From an uncultured Gemmatimonadales bacterium (GTDB lineage Bacteria > Gemmatimonadota > Gemmatimonadetes > Gemmatimonadales > GWC2-71-9): DNA of 64,000 nucleotides. The stretch covers positions 352,001-416,000 of the forward strand of contig CAWHFW010000002.1 in NCBI GenBank assembly GCA_963828735.1. Direction: 5' to 3'. The notes beneath the pieces are model-generated. The model was given only the letters and a program-made list of their open reading frames with translations. It had not been told where the DNA came from and made no database searches. Of this stretch, positions 38,718-50,460 are shown piece after piece (positions within the stretch are counted from its first letter, which is position 1; each line of letters starts with the position of its first letter). The position numbers were made by a program, and so were the translations under genes.

Positions 38718-39590
38718 GTGGCCGTGCCGTACCGCCTGACCTTCTGGGGGACGCGCGGGTCGATTCCGACGCCGGGGCCCCAGACGAACCGGTACGGCGG
38801 CAACACGGCCTGCCTCAGCATCACCGGGGACGGCGACCGGCTGGTCATTCTCGACGCCGGCAGCGGCATTCGGCCACTGGGTCACCAGCTCATGTCCCAG
38901 CGCCAAAGGACGATCGCGGCGGACATCCTGCTCTCGCATACCCACTGGGATCACATCCAGGGACTGCCCTTCTTCAAGCCGCTGAGCGCCAGCGGCAACC
39001 GGTTTTGCGTCTACGGCGCGGCGCAAGGCGACGTGCCCCTCCAGGAGATCCTTCGGCGCCAGATGGACCCGGTGGTCTTTCCGATCCCGCTCGAGGCGCT
39101 GGCGGCCAAGTTCGAGGTCCACGACATCGCCGAAGGGGAATTTCCACTCCACGGGTTTCGCGTGCGGGCGTTCCGGCTTCGTCATCCCGGGGAGACGTTC
39201 GGTTACCGGCTGGCGCCGGCCAATGGAGGCCGGGACGTCGCCTACGTGACCGACAACGAGCTCGGCACCGGTGGCACCTACCCTGTCGCCGCCGATTGGC
39301 GGCAGCGGCTGGTGGAGTTCCTGGGCGGCACCGACACGCTGATTCACGACGCCATGTATTCCGACCAGTTCATTCAGCAGCGTGCCGGCTGGGGGCACTC
39401 GACGCCGCGGCAGGCGGTGGACCTCGCGGCAGAGGCCGACTGCCGCCGCGTGATCCTGTTCCACCACGAGCCGGAGAACGACGACGGCATGCTCGACCAG
39501 CTGTTGGCCGACGCCCGCGAGCACGCGCGACGGGTCGCCCCCGCGCTGGTCGTCGAGGCCGCGATGGAGGGCGACGGATTCTCGCTCTGA
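38718..39590 (+). CDS. MBL-fold metallo-hydrolase (phosphodiesterase-like); start approximate
   Basis: WGTRGS.P, YGGNT.C, DAGSG, HTHWDHIQG, HPG, TDNE, GWGHS, FHH.P. Confidence 0.92.
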   Translation: MAVPYRLTFWGTRGSIPTPGPQTNRYGGNTACLSITGDGDRLVILDAGSGIRPLGHQLMSQRQRTIAADILLSHTHWDHIQGLPFFKPLSASGNRFCVYGAAQGDVPLQEILRRQMDPVVFPIPLEALAAKFEVHDIAEGEFPLHGFRVRAFRLRHPGETFGYRLAPANGGRDVAYVTDNELGTGGTYPVAADWRQRLVEFLGGTDTLIHDAMYSDQFIQQRAGWGHSTPRQAVDLAAEADCRRVILFHHEPENDDGMLDQLLADAREHARRVAPALVVEAAMEGDGFSL

Positions 39591-39600
39591 GGAGGTCGCG

Positions 39601-40302
39601 ATGACGGGGACGATCCGGTGGAGCCTCGCGCTCGCAACGGCCACGGCCGCGACGGTCCCGCTTCGCGCGCAAGGCGCGCCGCCAGTGATCGCGGTGCTGC
39701 CGTTCGAGAACACCGGCTCGTACGGTCAGGACAAGGAGTCCTTCGAGGCACTCGAGATCGGTCTGCCACGAATTCTGGCGTCGACGCTGGCCGCGCACCC
39801 TGGTGCGCGGGTCGCGGATCACGCGCGAATGCGCCAGGCGCTCGAACAGCAGAAGCTCGGCGCGACCCGTCGGCTCGACGCCGCGTCGGCGACCGCGGTG
39901 GCGAAAGCGGTCGGGGCGCGGTACGCCATCACCGGCAGCTTCGCCGATTTCTACGGCAAGTTTCGCATCACGACGCGGGTGGTGGACGCGGAGACCGGGC
40001 AAATCCTGAAGGTCGTGTCCAACGACGATCCGAAGCTGCAGGACCGCGACCAGCTCGGCGCGATCGTCCAGCAGGTGGCGGATCGCATCGTTACCGCCGC
40101 GGGCCTCGCTCCATACCCGGCGGACATCGCGGCGAAGCGCCGAGCCGTCCCCACGGAGGCGCTCACGGACTTCAGTCGAGGTCTGATGTATGAGGATCGC
40201 GGCGACCGTACCAAGGCCGCCGAGGCCTATCAGCGCGCGCTCACCGCCGCGCCCGACTGGACAGATCCGCGTGACGGACTCCAGCGGGTCCGCGCGGGAT
40301 AA
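39601..40302 (+). CDS. Secreted CsgG/TolB-N-like protein with C-terminal TPR
   Basis: Signal peptide; IAVLPFEN, ITGSF, RVVDAETG.I; A.EAYQRAL...P. Confidence 0.75.
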   Translation: MTGTIRWSLALATATAATVPLRAQGAPPVIAVLPFENTGSYGQDKESFEALEIGLPRILASTLAAHPGARVADHARMRQALEQQKLGATRRLDAASATAVAKAVGARYAITGSFADFYGKFRITTRVVDAETGQILKVVSNDDPKLQDRDQLGAIVQQVADRIVTAAGLAPYPADIAAKRRAVPTEALTDFSRGLMYEDRGDRTKAAEAYQRALTAAPDWTDPRDGLQRVRAG

Positions 40303-40314
40303 CGGAGCCCTGCG

Positions 40315-41604
40315 CTACCCGAGCCGATCGAGCGCGGCGGCGATCCCGACCTGAGCCGGCAGCGCGAGGGCGATGATCGGTCCGTTCACCTGATCGAACC
40401 CCGGCAGCAGCTTGAGCACCAGTCCCAGCAACGACAGGCCCGCCACCGCGGGTGCGACACGCCGCCATCCCACCGACATCGAGGGTCGCCGCACGACCGC
40501 GACAGCGGCCGGCCAGAGCAGCAGGGCGAACGGGCTGAGCTGGAACAGGTTCTCGTTCCGGTAGGCCATCACGTGATCCGTGAGCCCCCACAGGCCGGCG
40601 AGCACGAGTCCCGCGAGTCCCGCGACCACCGCCCAGCCGCCAGTGATCGTCAGGAACCCGAAGCGGGCCATTGCTGACGTTCGCGCGCGGCCCGCGAGCA
40701 TCAGGGCCGCGCCCCCGACGGCGAGCCCGACTGCGAGATACCATCCCACCCACGACGGCGGGGCCGCGGGTGGCGGAGAGGCCGACGACTCGAAGATGGT
40801 GCGCTCCGAACGCACGAGCGGCACGAGGGCACCACCGGGCCCGGGCACGGAGACGGTTCGGACCCAGTCCCGCATCTTGAGCGGCAGGAACATCTCCTCC
40901 CAGGCGGTAATGGGCCGATCCACCCCTTCCCCGAGGGCGGCGAGGAGGCCGGTGAAGATGAGCGGATCGTTGGCCGTGAGCCGCTGAGTATGGAACCGGT
41001 ACGTCGTCCCCGCGGGCACGGTGTCGGTCTGGCGGCGCAGGGCCCCGCTCAGGACGCGATCGACGGCATCGCGGACCCGCGTCGAGCAATTGTCCCTGTA
41101 GTAGTCGTAATGGTAGTAGCGGTGCTCGGGCTCGGCGTTCCATCGCAGGAATCGCTCGAGCTCCACCTTGGCGTCATGGGACAGTTCGAGCTCCTGAACC
41201 CAGACCGAGCGGTTGTCCCGCTCGTACTGCGCCACGTATCGAGGGGCGGGAAACCCGGCCATCCAATACCACATCTGCCCGCGCACGAACCGCAGCAGGA
41301 AGTTTTCCTGGTGAAAGTCGAACAAACCGTAGTTGTAGGCCTCGTCGGTCCCGTCTACCGGGTCGTGAATCCAGATCGCGTTGTGTCCGAATCGCTCCCA
41401 GACCTGCCGGCCCGGACCGAAGGTCATGAGGAAGACCTGAAGGGCCGCCGACGCATGATCGGGGGTCGGCGTGCCGGCCAAGGCTGGCGCACGTTGGGCG
41501 GAGCCGGACGCAGGCAGCGCCACGAGGCACGCCGCGAGGCCCACCGCACGGCTCCACGCGCCCAGCGCACGCGATCCGACCCGCCCCGCGCGGCCCCGCC
41601 TCAC
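40315..41604 (-). CDS. DUF4105 (Lnb-like) membrane protein
   Basis: FGHNAI, YNYG.FDF, Y.Y.Y..DNCSTR, FLP; four C-terminal TMs; GTG 41604 overlaps the upstream stop. Confidence 0.85.
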   Translation of the reverse strand: MRRGRAGRVGSRALGAWSRAVGLAACLVALPASGSAQRAPALAGTPTPDHASAALQVFLMTFGPGRQVWERFGHNAIWIHDPVDGTDEAYNYGLFDFHQENFLLRFVRGQMWYWMAGFPAPRYVAQYERDNRSVWVQELELSHDAKVELERFLRWNAEPEHRYYHYDYYRDNCSTRVRDAVDRVLSGALRRQTDTVPAGTTYRFHTQRLTANDPLIFTGLLAALGEGVDRPITAWEEMFLPLKMRDWVRTVSVPGPGGALVPLVRSERTIFESSASPPPAAPPSWVGWYLAVGLAVGGAALMLAGRARTSAMARFGFLTITGGWAVVAGLAGLVLAGLWGLTDHVMAYRNENLFQLSPFALLLWPAAVAVVRRPSMSVGWRRVAPAVAGLSLLGLVLKLLPGFDQVNGPIIALALPAQVGIAAALDRLG

Positions 41605-42629
41605 AGGATGACATCCCGCCCGTCGTCGGCCGACTTGTACACCGCGTCGATGATCCGGTGCAACACGAGGTGCTCCTGGAGCGAAGGGGCCTTGGCCTCG
41701 CCGGCGATGGCGGCCTCGAAATGCGCCCACTCAGCGCGGTACGACGCGGTGAAGGCGTTCTCGCGGCTGCCCGAGGCGGTCGGTGAGACGTCGACGGGCA
41801 TCCCGTGCAGCTCCTTCCACACCGTGAGCGGATTGATGGCGGCGGTACCCTTGCTGCCGCGGAGCCCCACGCCAAACCGCTCGCCCTCACCCACGTGGTG
41901 CCAGGTGACGTCGACGAAGAGCGACATGCCGTTCTCGCACACGACGAACGCACTGCCGCTCTGCTCGACGGCCCGCTCCTTCCCAGCCGCGTCGAGCGAC
42001 GCGCTGACACGAACCGGCGCCGGCGTGCCACCGAGCCAGAGACCGAGATCGAGGATCGAGAGCCCGAGGTCCAGCATGGCGCCGCCACCGGCCTGATCCC
42101 GGCGCTGGCGCCAGCCGAGCTGGTTGCGACTCGGACGGAAGACGTGCCAGCTGCCGCGCACGCTCTCCACGCGGCCGAGCTCGCCGCTCTGCACGAAGCT
42201 CCGGACGATCTGGACGTCGGGGCGGTACCGATGATTCATGCCGACCAGCAGCACGCGGTCGCGCTTCTCGGCCGCACGCATGATGCGTTGGACGCTCGCC
42301 GCCGACATCGCGAGCGGCTTCTCGACCAGGATGTGCACGTTGGCCGACAGCGCCGCCAGAATGTGGGACTCGTGCAGATGATTGGGCGAGCAGATCACCA
42401 CCGCCTCGAGACCCGGCGTGCGGAGCAGGTCTTCGATGTCGTCCAGCGCGTCGGGCACGCCGAACCGGTTGGCGAGCGCGCGCGCCTTGGGCGCATCAAG
42501 GTCGCAGATCGCCTGCACCTCGACGGATTTGAGCTTCTTGAGCGTGGGCAGGTGAGCCACCTGCGCGATGGCGCCCCCGCCGATGATCCCGACCCTGAGG
42601 CGCTCGCTCCCGCTCCGGCTCGCCGTCAT
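41601..42629 (-). CDS. Gfo/Idh/MocA oxidoreductase
   Basis: GIIGGG.IA, PN.LH, EKP, GGGAMLD. Confidence 0.92.
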   Translation of the reverse strand: MTASRSGSERLRVGIIGGGAIAQVAHLPTLKKLKSVEVQAICDLDAPKARALANRFGVPDALDDIEDLLRTPGLEAVVICSPNHLHESHILAALSANVHILVEKPLAMSAASVQRIMRAAEKRDRVLLVGMNHRYRPDVQIVRSFVQSGELGRVESVRGSWHVFRPSRNQLGWRQRRDQAGGGAMLDLGLSILDLGLWLGGTPAPVRVSASLDAAGKERAVEQSGSAFVVCENGMSLFVDVTWHHVGEGERFGVGLRGSKGTAAINPLTVWKELHGMPVDVSPTASGSRENAFTASYRAEWAHFEAAIAGEAKAPSLQEHLVLHRIIDAVYKSADDGRDVIL

Positions 42630-42642
42630 GTGGTGTCCCCCT

Positions 42643-43980
42643 TCAGTAGAGACGCTCGAGCACCGCGCCCGGATAGTACGCGGCGAGGATGCGCTCGTGG
42701 TCCTGTCCCGAGCGCGAGCGGCCGACCGCGCCCCATTGGCAAAACCCCACGCCGTGCCCCGCGCCGGCCCCATCCGCGACCAGGCGGGTGACCCGTCCGC
42801 CGTCCCGCGTGACGGTCAGCGTGAATGTGTTGCTCCGAAGCAGCTCGCCCGATGGCGGCCGCAGGACCCGGCGGACGTTCGGTCCGTCCACGAGCACGTC
42901 ACCGCGTCGAAGGCCGACGGTGAGTTGGCCGACGCGCCCCGAGCGGGTCAGGTAGGAGACCCGCACGTCCCGGATCTCGCTCAGGTCCGAAGCCACCGCC
43001 GTCGACCCACCGCCGGCCGGGAGCGCGGGCAGCGTACGCTGCAGCGTCGCGCGCAGCTCCGGCCCGCTCCACTCCTCGTGCCAGCGGAAGCGTGGCGACA
43101 GACTGCAGTAGGCCGTGCCGTCGTCCGCCGCGTCGGACACGGAGCGCAGGTAGGGGCGGTCGGCGCCGCGAAACACCTCGGTGCCGTCGGCGGTGCGCCC
43201 ACCACAGGTGGAATAGAAAAAGGCGTCGATCGGCGCCCCACCGTAGGTGAGGATTCGTCCCCGGGTGGCGTCCACCGCCGCGCGCCCTTCGGGGGTCTCG
43301 GTTGCAGCGCCTCCGTATACCTGATCGGCCACGGTCGCGTAGAGATCGAAGCCCAGCGCCTGCCAGCGTCGCAGATTCCGCAGGGCGAACGTGCGCGAGA
43401 CGATCGCCTGTGCGCGGAGCGCCTCCTGCTCACCCGGGCTCCGGCGCCCCATCTCCGCGCTCACCACCCCGACGAGGTAGGACTCCATCGGAAGCCGGTC
43501 CACCACGGTTACCCCGGTCCGATCGCGCAGCGCCACGATGGTGCCCCGGTAGGGGCGTCCGTTCACGAGCACCGGCGCGTTGGGACTCGGTGAGCCGATC
43601 TCGAGCACGTCGGTCGGCGCGCTCGCGGCGCCGCCAGGCGACAGCACCACCACGCCGGTACCGTTCACCGCCACCCGCCACGTTTCGCCGGTCGGGATCT
43701 CCGCAAGCCGCGCGCCGGACGGGTCGCTCACGCTGAGCCCTGCCGTGCCCGACACCGAGGCCGCCGTCGCGCCGACCATGAGTCCGACGCGTATCGTCGG
43801 CTCGGTCGGGCCCTCGGCGGGAGGTCCGGGCGCCGCCGGTGTCGGCGGTGCCTCGGGCACCGACACCGGGGTTGGCGCGGGAGGCGCGGCCGCCGGGCTG
43901 CAACTCGCGATCACGACAGCCGCCAGCGCCGCGGAGGAGAGGCCCACGACGCTCCAGCATTGCAGCCGGGCGCGGACGTC
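42643..43980 (-). CDS. SpoIID/LytB-domain lipoprotein (lytic transglycosylase-like); start uncertain
   Basis: YRG, E.YL.GVV.AEM, AQAI..RT, QVYGG, GHGVG.CQWGA, IL..YYPG. Confidence 0.9.
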   Translation of the reverse strand, partial: DVRARLQCWSVVGLSSAALAAVVIASCSPAAAPPAPTPVSVPEAPPTPAAPGPPAEGPTEPTIRVGLMVGATAASVSGTAGLSVSDPSGARLAEIPTGETWRVAVNGTGVVVLSPGGAASAPTDVLEIGSPSPNAPVLVNGRPYRGTIVALRDRTGVTVVDRLPMESYLVGVVSAEMGRRSPGEQEALRAQAIVSRTFALRNLRRWQALGFDLYATVADQVYGGAATETPEGRAAVDATRGRILTYGGAPIDAFFYSTCGGRTADGTEVFRGADRPYLRSVSDAADDGTAYCSLSPRFRWHEEWSGPELRATLQRTLPALPAGGGSTAVASDLSEIRDVRVSYLTRSGRVGQLTVGLRRGDVLVDGPNVRRVLRPPSGELLRSNTFTLTVTRDGGRVTRLVADGAGAGHGVGFCQWGAVGRSRSGQDHERILAAYYPGAVLERLY

Positions 43981-43987
43981 CCCGCCC

Positions 43988-44491
43988 TCAGCCGCGGTAG
44001 TTGCCAAACTTGAGCTCGATGCCGAAATCCTGGCCCCGGAGGAAGGCGATAATGGCCTGGAGCTCGTCCCGTGAAGGGCTGGAGACCCGAATCTCATCGC
44101 CCTGGATCGTGGCCTGCGCCTTCTTGAAACCGCCGTCCTTGACGGCCTTGATGATCCGCTTGGCCGCGTCCTGCGGGATGCCCTGGGTCAGCTTGACCGT
44201 CCGGCGGACCGATTGGCCGGTGGCGGCGATCAGCTCCCCCACGTCCAGATTTTTCACGGGGACGCCGCGCTTGATCATGCGCCCCTGGAGAACGTCCACC
44301 AGTGCGTCCATTCGGAATTCGTCGTCGGCCGCGAGTCGAATCTCGGCCTTGGGGCGATCGAACTCGACGGTGCAGTGCGTGCCCTTGAAGTCATAGCGCT
44401 GGGCGATCTCCTTCAGCGCCTGATTGACGGCGTTGTCGACTTCCTGCAGGTCGGCGCCCGTCGATACGTCGAACGAAGGATTGCTGGCCAT
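43988..44491 (-). CDS. yajQ: YajQ-family nucleotide/c-di-GMP-binding protein
   Basis: PSFDV, EVDNA, RYDFKG, IQGD..RV, F.NYR. Confidence 0.95.
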   Translation of the reverse strand: MASNPSFDVSTGADLQEVDNAVNQALKEIAQRYDFKGTHCTVEFDRPKAEIRLAADDEFRMDALVDVLQGRMIKRGVPVKNLDVGELIAATGQSVRRTVKLTQGIPQDAAKRIIKAVKDGGFKKAQATIQGDEIRVSSPSRDELQAIIAFLRGQDFGIELKFGNYRG

Positions 44492-44563
44492 GGAGTGGTG
44501 GCGCGAGGGTGGAAGACAGGTCGGTGTCGGCGGATGCGGGAAGGATTACCCGGGGCCCCGCGC

Positions 44564-44592
44564 TTGACAACCCTTTCGGCCGTCACTAGTCT
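44564..44592 (+). promoter_or_regulatory. sigma70 promoter of the met operon leader
   Basis: TTGACA-N17-TAGTCT; predicted start about 44599, exactly at the aptamer 5' end. Confidence 0.75.
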
Positions 44593-44598
44593 CACGCT

Positions 44599-44678
44599 CA
44601 CGGCGGCCGACTTAAGGCCACTTGCTCCCGCCGGTGCCTCGGATGGTCCGGGACACGAACAAACAAGCTAAAGCGCCG
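44599..44678 (+). promoter_or_regulatory. SAM-II-type riboswitch aptamer (long-loop variant)
   Basis: P1 CGGCGG/CCGCCG; L1 GACUUAA; GGC pairs with GCC (P2a); UUGC pairs with GC(U)AA (P2b); A-rich linker AACAAACAA; extra hairpin GUGCCUCGGA-UGG-UCCGGGACAC; upstream of metY. Confidence 0.8.
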
Positions 44679-44683
44679 GATGC

Positions 44684-44722
44684 ACGCCCTCCGAGCGCAC
44701 CTGGCCGGGGGGCGTCGTGTTT
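44684..44722 (+). terminator. Terminator-like hairpin 1 (riboswitch expression platform)
   Basis: ACGCCCTCCG/CGGGGGGCGT 10-bp stem followed by CGTGTTT (weak U-tract). Confidence 0.55.
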
Positions 44723-44746
44723 GGCCCCCAGACACACGAGAATTCC

Positions 44747-44845
44747 ATGCGGCCTCGCGCGAGCTGCTGTCGAATGATGCCCTACTGCCCCTGTCCGGGG
44801 TGGACGGCGTCATCGGCGCATGCGCGTGGAAGCGGCGGGGTCTAA
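44747..44845 (+). CDS. Putative Cys/Met-rich attenuator leader peptide, 32 aa: MRPRASCCRMMPYCPCPGWTASSAHARGSGGV
   Basis: Six of codons 7-16 are Cys/Met (TGC TGT CGA ATG ATG CCC TAC TGC CCC TGT); stop lies 20 nt before a terminator; too short for the ORF track. Confidence 0.7.
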   Translation: MRPRASCCRMMPYCPCPGWTASSAHARGSGGV

Positions 44846-47308
<2,463 letters not shown>

Positions 47309-47325
<17 letters not shown>

Positions 47326-47823
47326 GCTGGTTCACGCCAACGAGGCGTATGCCAGCACGTTTCGCCACGGCGAGCTGGCGCTCCCTCCGAGGCGCTACAT
47401 CGCCATTCTCACTGCATGGACGCCCGAATCCTTCCGTCGCGAGCCTTCGGCCTCGAGGAAGGCGACGCGCACGTCATCCGGAACGCCGGCGGGCGCGCCC
47501 GCGACGCCCTGCGCTCTCTCGTCATCTCTCAGCGTTTGCTCGGAACGCGTGAGGTCGCCATCATCCACCATACGGACTGCGGCATGCTGACGTTCAGCAA
47601 TCGGGATCTCCGGGAGAAAGTCCGCGAGGACCTGGACCAGGACACGGGCGAGTTCGACTTTCTACCGTTCAAGGACCTGGATGAGAGCGTGCGCGAGGAT
47701 ATCGAGTTCCTGCTCGCCACCCAGCTTCTCGACCCGGCGACGATCATCCGAGGATTCGTTTATGACGTCCGGACGGGACGGGCGCGCGAAGTGACACTCG
47801 AGACGGCGGACCACGCCCGGTGA
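47309..47823 (+). pseudogene. Clade-D beta-carbonic anhydrase / COS-hydrolase-like gene with a 1-nt frameshift near 47413 (real or sequencing error)
   Basis: Frame A MPVIDELVHANEAY...IAILT; frame B CMDAR..GDAHVIRNAGGR..HHTDCGM..GFVYDV.TG; junction CTC ACT GCA TGG lacks one base. Confidence 0.88.
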
Positions 47824-48854
47824 CCTTGATCGGCGAAGGCCCAGCCACGACGGAGCTGGCCCTCGGCACGTTCGTCGGGGCCGACGGTCAACCACTCTCC
47901 GGCCTGCGGCTCCGATACCGGGTCGTGGGTAATCTCGACGCTGCGCGCGAGAACGGATGGATCCTGGTGTTCCACGCGCTCACGGGCAGCGCGGATGCCG
48001 AGGCCTGGTGGGGCCCTCTCATCGGCCCCGGTCGGGCGCTGGACACGTCACGGCACGCGCTCGTGTCGGCGAATCTGCTGGGGAGCTGCTACGGCTCGAC
48101 GGGACCTCAGGAGTGGGCGACCGAGCACGACGAGCCGTTTCCCGATCTCACCCCCGCCGATCTCGCACTCGCGCACGTGCCACTCCTGGAACACCTCGGC
48201 GTCGAGCGACTGGCGTTGGCCACGGGCGGCTCGCTGGGCGGCATGGTGGCACTTGAGTGGGGACGGCTGTCGAGCGTGCCGCTCGACCGGCTCGTGGTCT
48301 TCGCGGCCCCGGCGGCCACGTCGGCGCAGGCCATCGCGTGGAACACGGTCCAGCGCATGGCGATCGAGGCCGACCCCGCCTGGCGTCGCGGACGCTACCT
48401 CCCCGGCCACGGACCCACGGCGGGACTGGCCGCGGCGCGCGCGCTGGCGATGATCACCTATCGATCGGGGGTCGAATTCGACGCCCGCTTCGGGCGTATG
48501 TCCTCACGCACCGCGGGCAGATTTGACGTGGACCACTACCTCAGGCGGCAAGGGGACAAACTGGTGGCCCGGTTCGACGCGGCGAGCTACATCGCGCTCA
48601 TGCGCGCGATGGACCTGCACGACCTGGGAGACCTCGAGGCGGCCGCGCGGGCAACCGCCGCGCGCGTGAAGACGGTGGTCGGAGTGGGGGTGGATACCGA
48701 TCTGCTGTATTTACCGGGGGAAGTGCGGGCCTGGACGGACGCATACCGCGCGGCCGGCATGGACGCGCGGTATCGCGAAATCCGTTCGGCGTCGGGTCAC
48801 GACGCCTTCCTCATCGAGTGGGATCAGGTCGAGGGGATCCTCCGCGAGGCCTAG
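47820..48854 (+). CDS. metX: Homoserine O-acetyltransferase
   Basis: HALTG, NLLGSCYGSTGP, GGSLGGM, TYRS, RFDA, D.LY, GHDAFL. Confidence 0.93.
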   Translation: MTLIGEGPATTELALGTFVGADGQPLSGLRLRYRVVGNLDAARENGWILVFHALTGSADAEAWWGPLIGPGRALDTSRHALVSANLLGSCYGSTGPQEWATEHDEPFPDLTPADLALAHVPLLEHLGVERLALATGGSLGGMVALEWGRLSSVPLDRLVVFAAPAATSAQAIAWNTVQRMAIEADPAWRRGRYLPGHGPTAGLAAARALAMITYRSGVEFDARFGRMSSRTAGRFDVDHYLRRQGDKLVARFDAASYIALMRAMDLHDLGDLEAAARATAARVKTVVGVGVDTDLLYLPGEVRAWTDAYRAAGMDARYREIRSASGHDAFLIEWDQVEGILREA

Positions 48855-49255
48855 ATCCTTCCATCCGGCCGCTGGTGGCGCCGGCCCCGGTGCCACGGGC
48901 GGTGTAGTCGCATTCCCCGCTCCTCCAACCCTGCCCCTCGCCGATCACCGTGACTCTCCCACATCTGGCCCGTGCGGGCCCACGTGCGTGCCCGCATCCT
49001 CTGGCCGTCGCGCGAGGCCCAGCGACCCCGGAGGTGCCAGCGTCCGCTCCACCGTTCCATCCGCTCGCCTTTCCATTGCAGGTGCCTGCCGCGGCGCTCC
49101 ATGCGCGAGGCGTGATGGCGCTGCTGATTGTCCCGCCCCGGGCCCGAGGCCTGCGGGGCGGAAAGCGAATCGGGCGAAGTCACCTGGGCGGACGCCGGCG
49201 CGACCACGAGGACGCATGCCACGAGGATGGTACACAGCCGAATGCCGCCGGTCAT
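48851..49255 (-). CDS. Small secreted Arg/Trp/Gly-rich hypothetical protein
   Basis: GGAGG RBS; signal peptide ending ASA-Q; cationic low-complexity mature region. Confidence 0.6.
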   Translation of the reverse strand: MTGGIRLCTILVACVLVVAPASAQVTSPDSLSAPQASGPGRDNQQRHHASRMERRGRHLQWKGERMERWSGRWHLRGRWASRDGQRMRARTWARTGQMWESHGDRRGAGLEERGMRLHRPWHRGRRHQRPDGRI

Positions 49256-49392
49256 GGATTCCTCCCGCGGGATACGCTGCTCGTCTTGGATGGTGAGGTA
49301 ACGGTCGGTAGACGCGTGCGGGCCGTCGACGTTAAGCCGACGGGGTTACGGCGGGATTACGACTGGTCAGCGGGTGCGGCGAGCGGCCGGAA

Positions 49393-50262
49393 TCAGGCCA
49401 GGAAGCTCTCGAGCGCGCGGGCACGGCTCACGTGACGCAGCCGGCTCAACGCCTTCTCCTTGATCTGGCGCACCCGCTCGCGGGTGATCCCGAGAAGGCT
49501 GCCGATCTCTTCGAGGGTCATCGGCTCGGGCCCGTCGAGGCCGAAATAGAGCCGGAGGATCTTCGCCTCCCGCTCCTTGAGCGTCGAGAGCACTTCCTCG
49601 ATGGACTCGGTGAGCGCGTGCTCGAAGGTCTCGGAGTCGGGGCCGGGATTCTGGGTATCCGGCAGGTAGTCGAGAAGCTTGTTGTCTTCGCCCGGAGTGA
49701 GCGGCGCGTCGAGCGAGAGGTGGTTCTGGGAGATGGAAAGGGTTTTCTGCACCTCCTCCATCGAGATATCCATGCCCTCGGCGATCTCGGAGGGCGTGGG
49801 CTCCCGGCCCAGCTCCTGGAGCAGCATGGAGGACCGTTTGCCGATCCGGTGAAGCGTCCCCGCGCGGTTGAGCGGGACTCGGACGATCCGGCTCTGCTCG
49901 GCGAGCGCCTGCAGGATGGCCTGCCGGATCCACCAGACGGCATACGAGATGAACTTGATGCCCTTCGTTTCGTCGAACTTATGGGCGGCCCGGATGAGCC
50001 CGAGGTTGCCCTCGTTGATCAGGTCCGCGAGCGACACGCCTTGGTTCTGATACTTCTTGGCGACCGAGACCACGAAGCGGAGGTTGCTGCGCACGAGCTT
50101 GTCCAACGCCTCCCCGTCACCCGTGCGGATGCGCTGGGCGAGCCTGACCTCTTCCTCCTGCGGAATCAGCGGATACTTGCTGATCTCGCGGAGGTACTGG
50201 TCGAGCGATCCCTCATCGAACGAAGGACCTCGCCTGCCGGCACCAACCTGCATTGGACGCAT
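49393..50262 (-). CDS. sigma70-family factor (RpoD/RpoS-like, no region 1.1)
   Basis: YLREI, NLRFVVSVAKKY, GIKFISYAVWWIRQ, TRERVRQIK. Confidence 0.95.
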   Translation of the reverse strand: MRPMQVGAGRRGPSFDEGSLDQYLREISKYPLIPQEEEVRLAQRIRTGDGEALDKLVRSNLRFVVSVAKKYQNQGVSLADLINEGNLGLIRAAHKFDETKGIKFISYAVWWIRQAILQALAEQSRIVRVPLNRAGTLHRIGKRSSMLLQELGREPTPSEIAEGMDISMEEVQKTLSISQNHLSLDAPLTPGEDNKLLDYLPDTQNPGPDSETFEHALTESIEEVLSTLKEREAKILRLYFGLDGPEPMTLEEIGSLLGITRERVRQIKEKALSRLRHVSRARALESFLA

Positions 50263-50460
50263 GTGACTCAGCCTCGAACTGAATGGGGCGGGACTCGTGC
50301 AGCGGCGCGGCGTTCACGTGACCATCCCCTGCACCACACCGGAAGGACCTCGACTGGAGACGAAACCTGACGAACCTTACTCTCCGTGGAAGCGGTCGGC
50401 AACGGGTCCGTCGCGCCACCGGCGCGCGCCGGTCATCCGTCACATGGCCGTCGCGAGGCG

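Noticed and set aside
50265..50460. Possible small ORF or leader between ALDH and the sigma factor
   Set aside because: No convincing start, codon pattern or structure.
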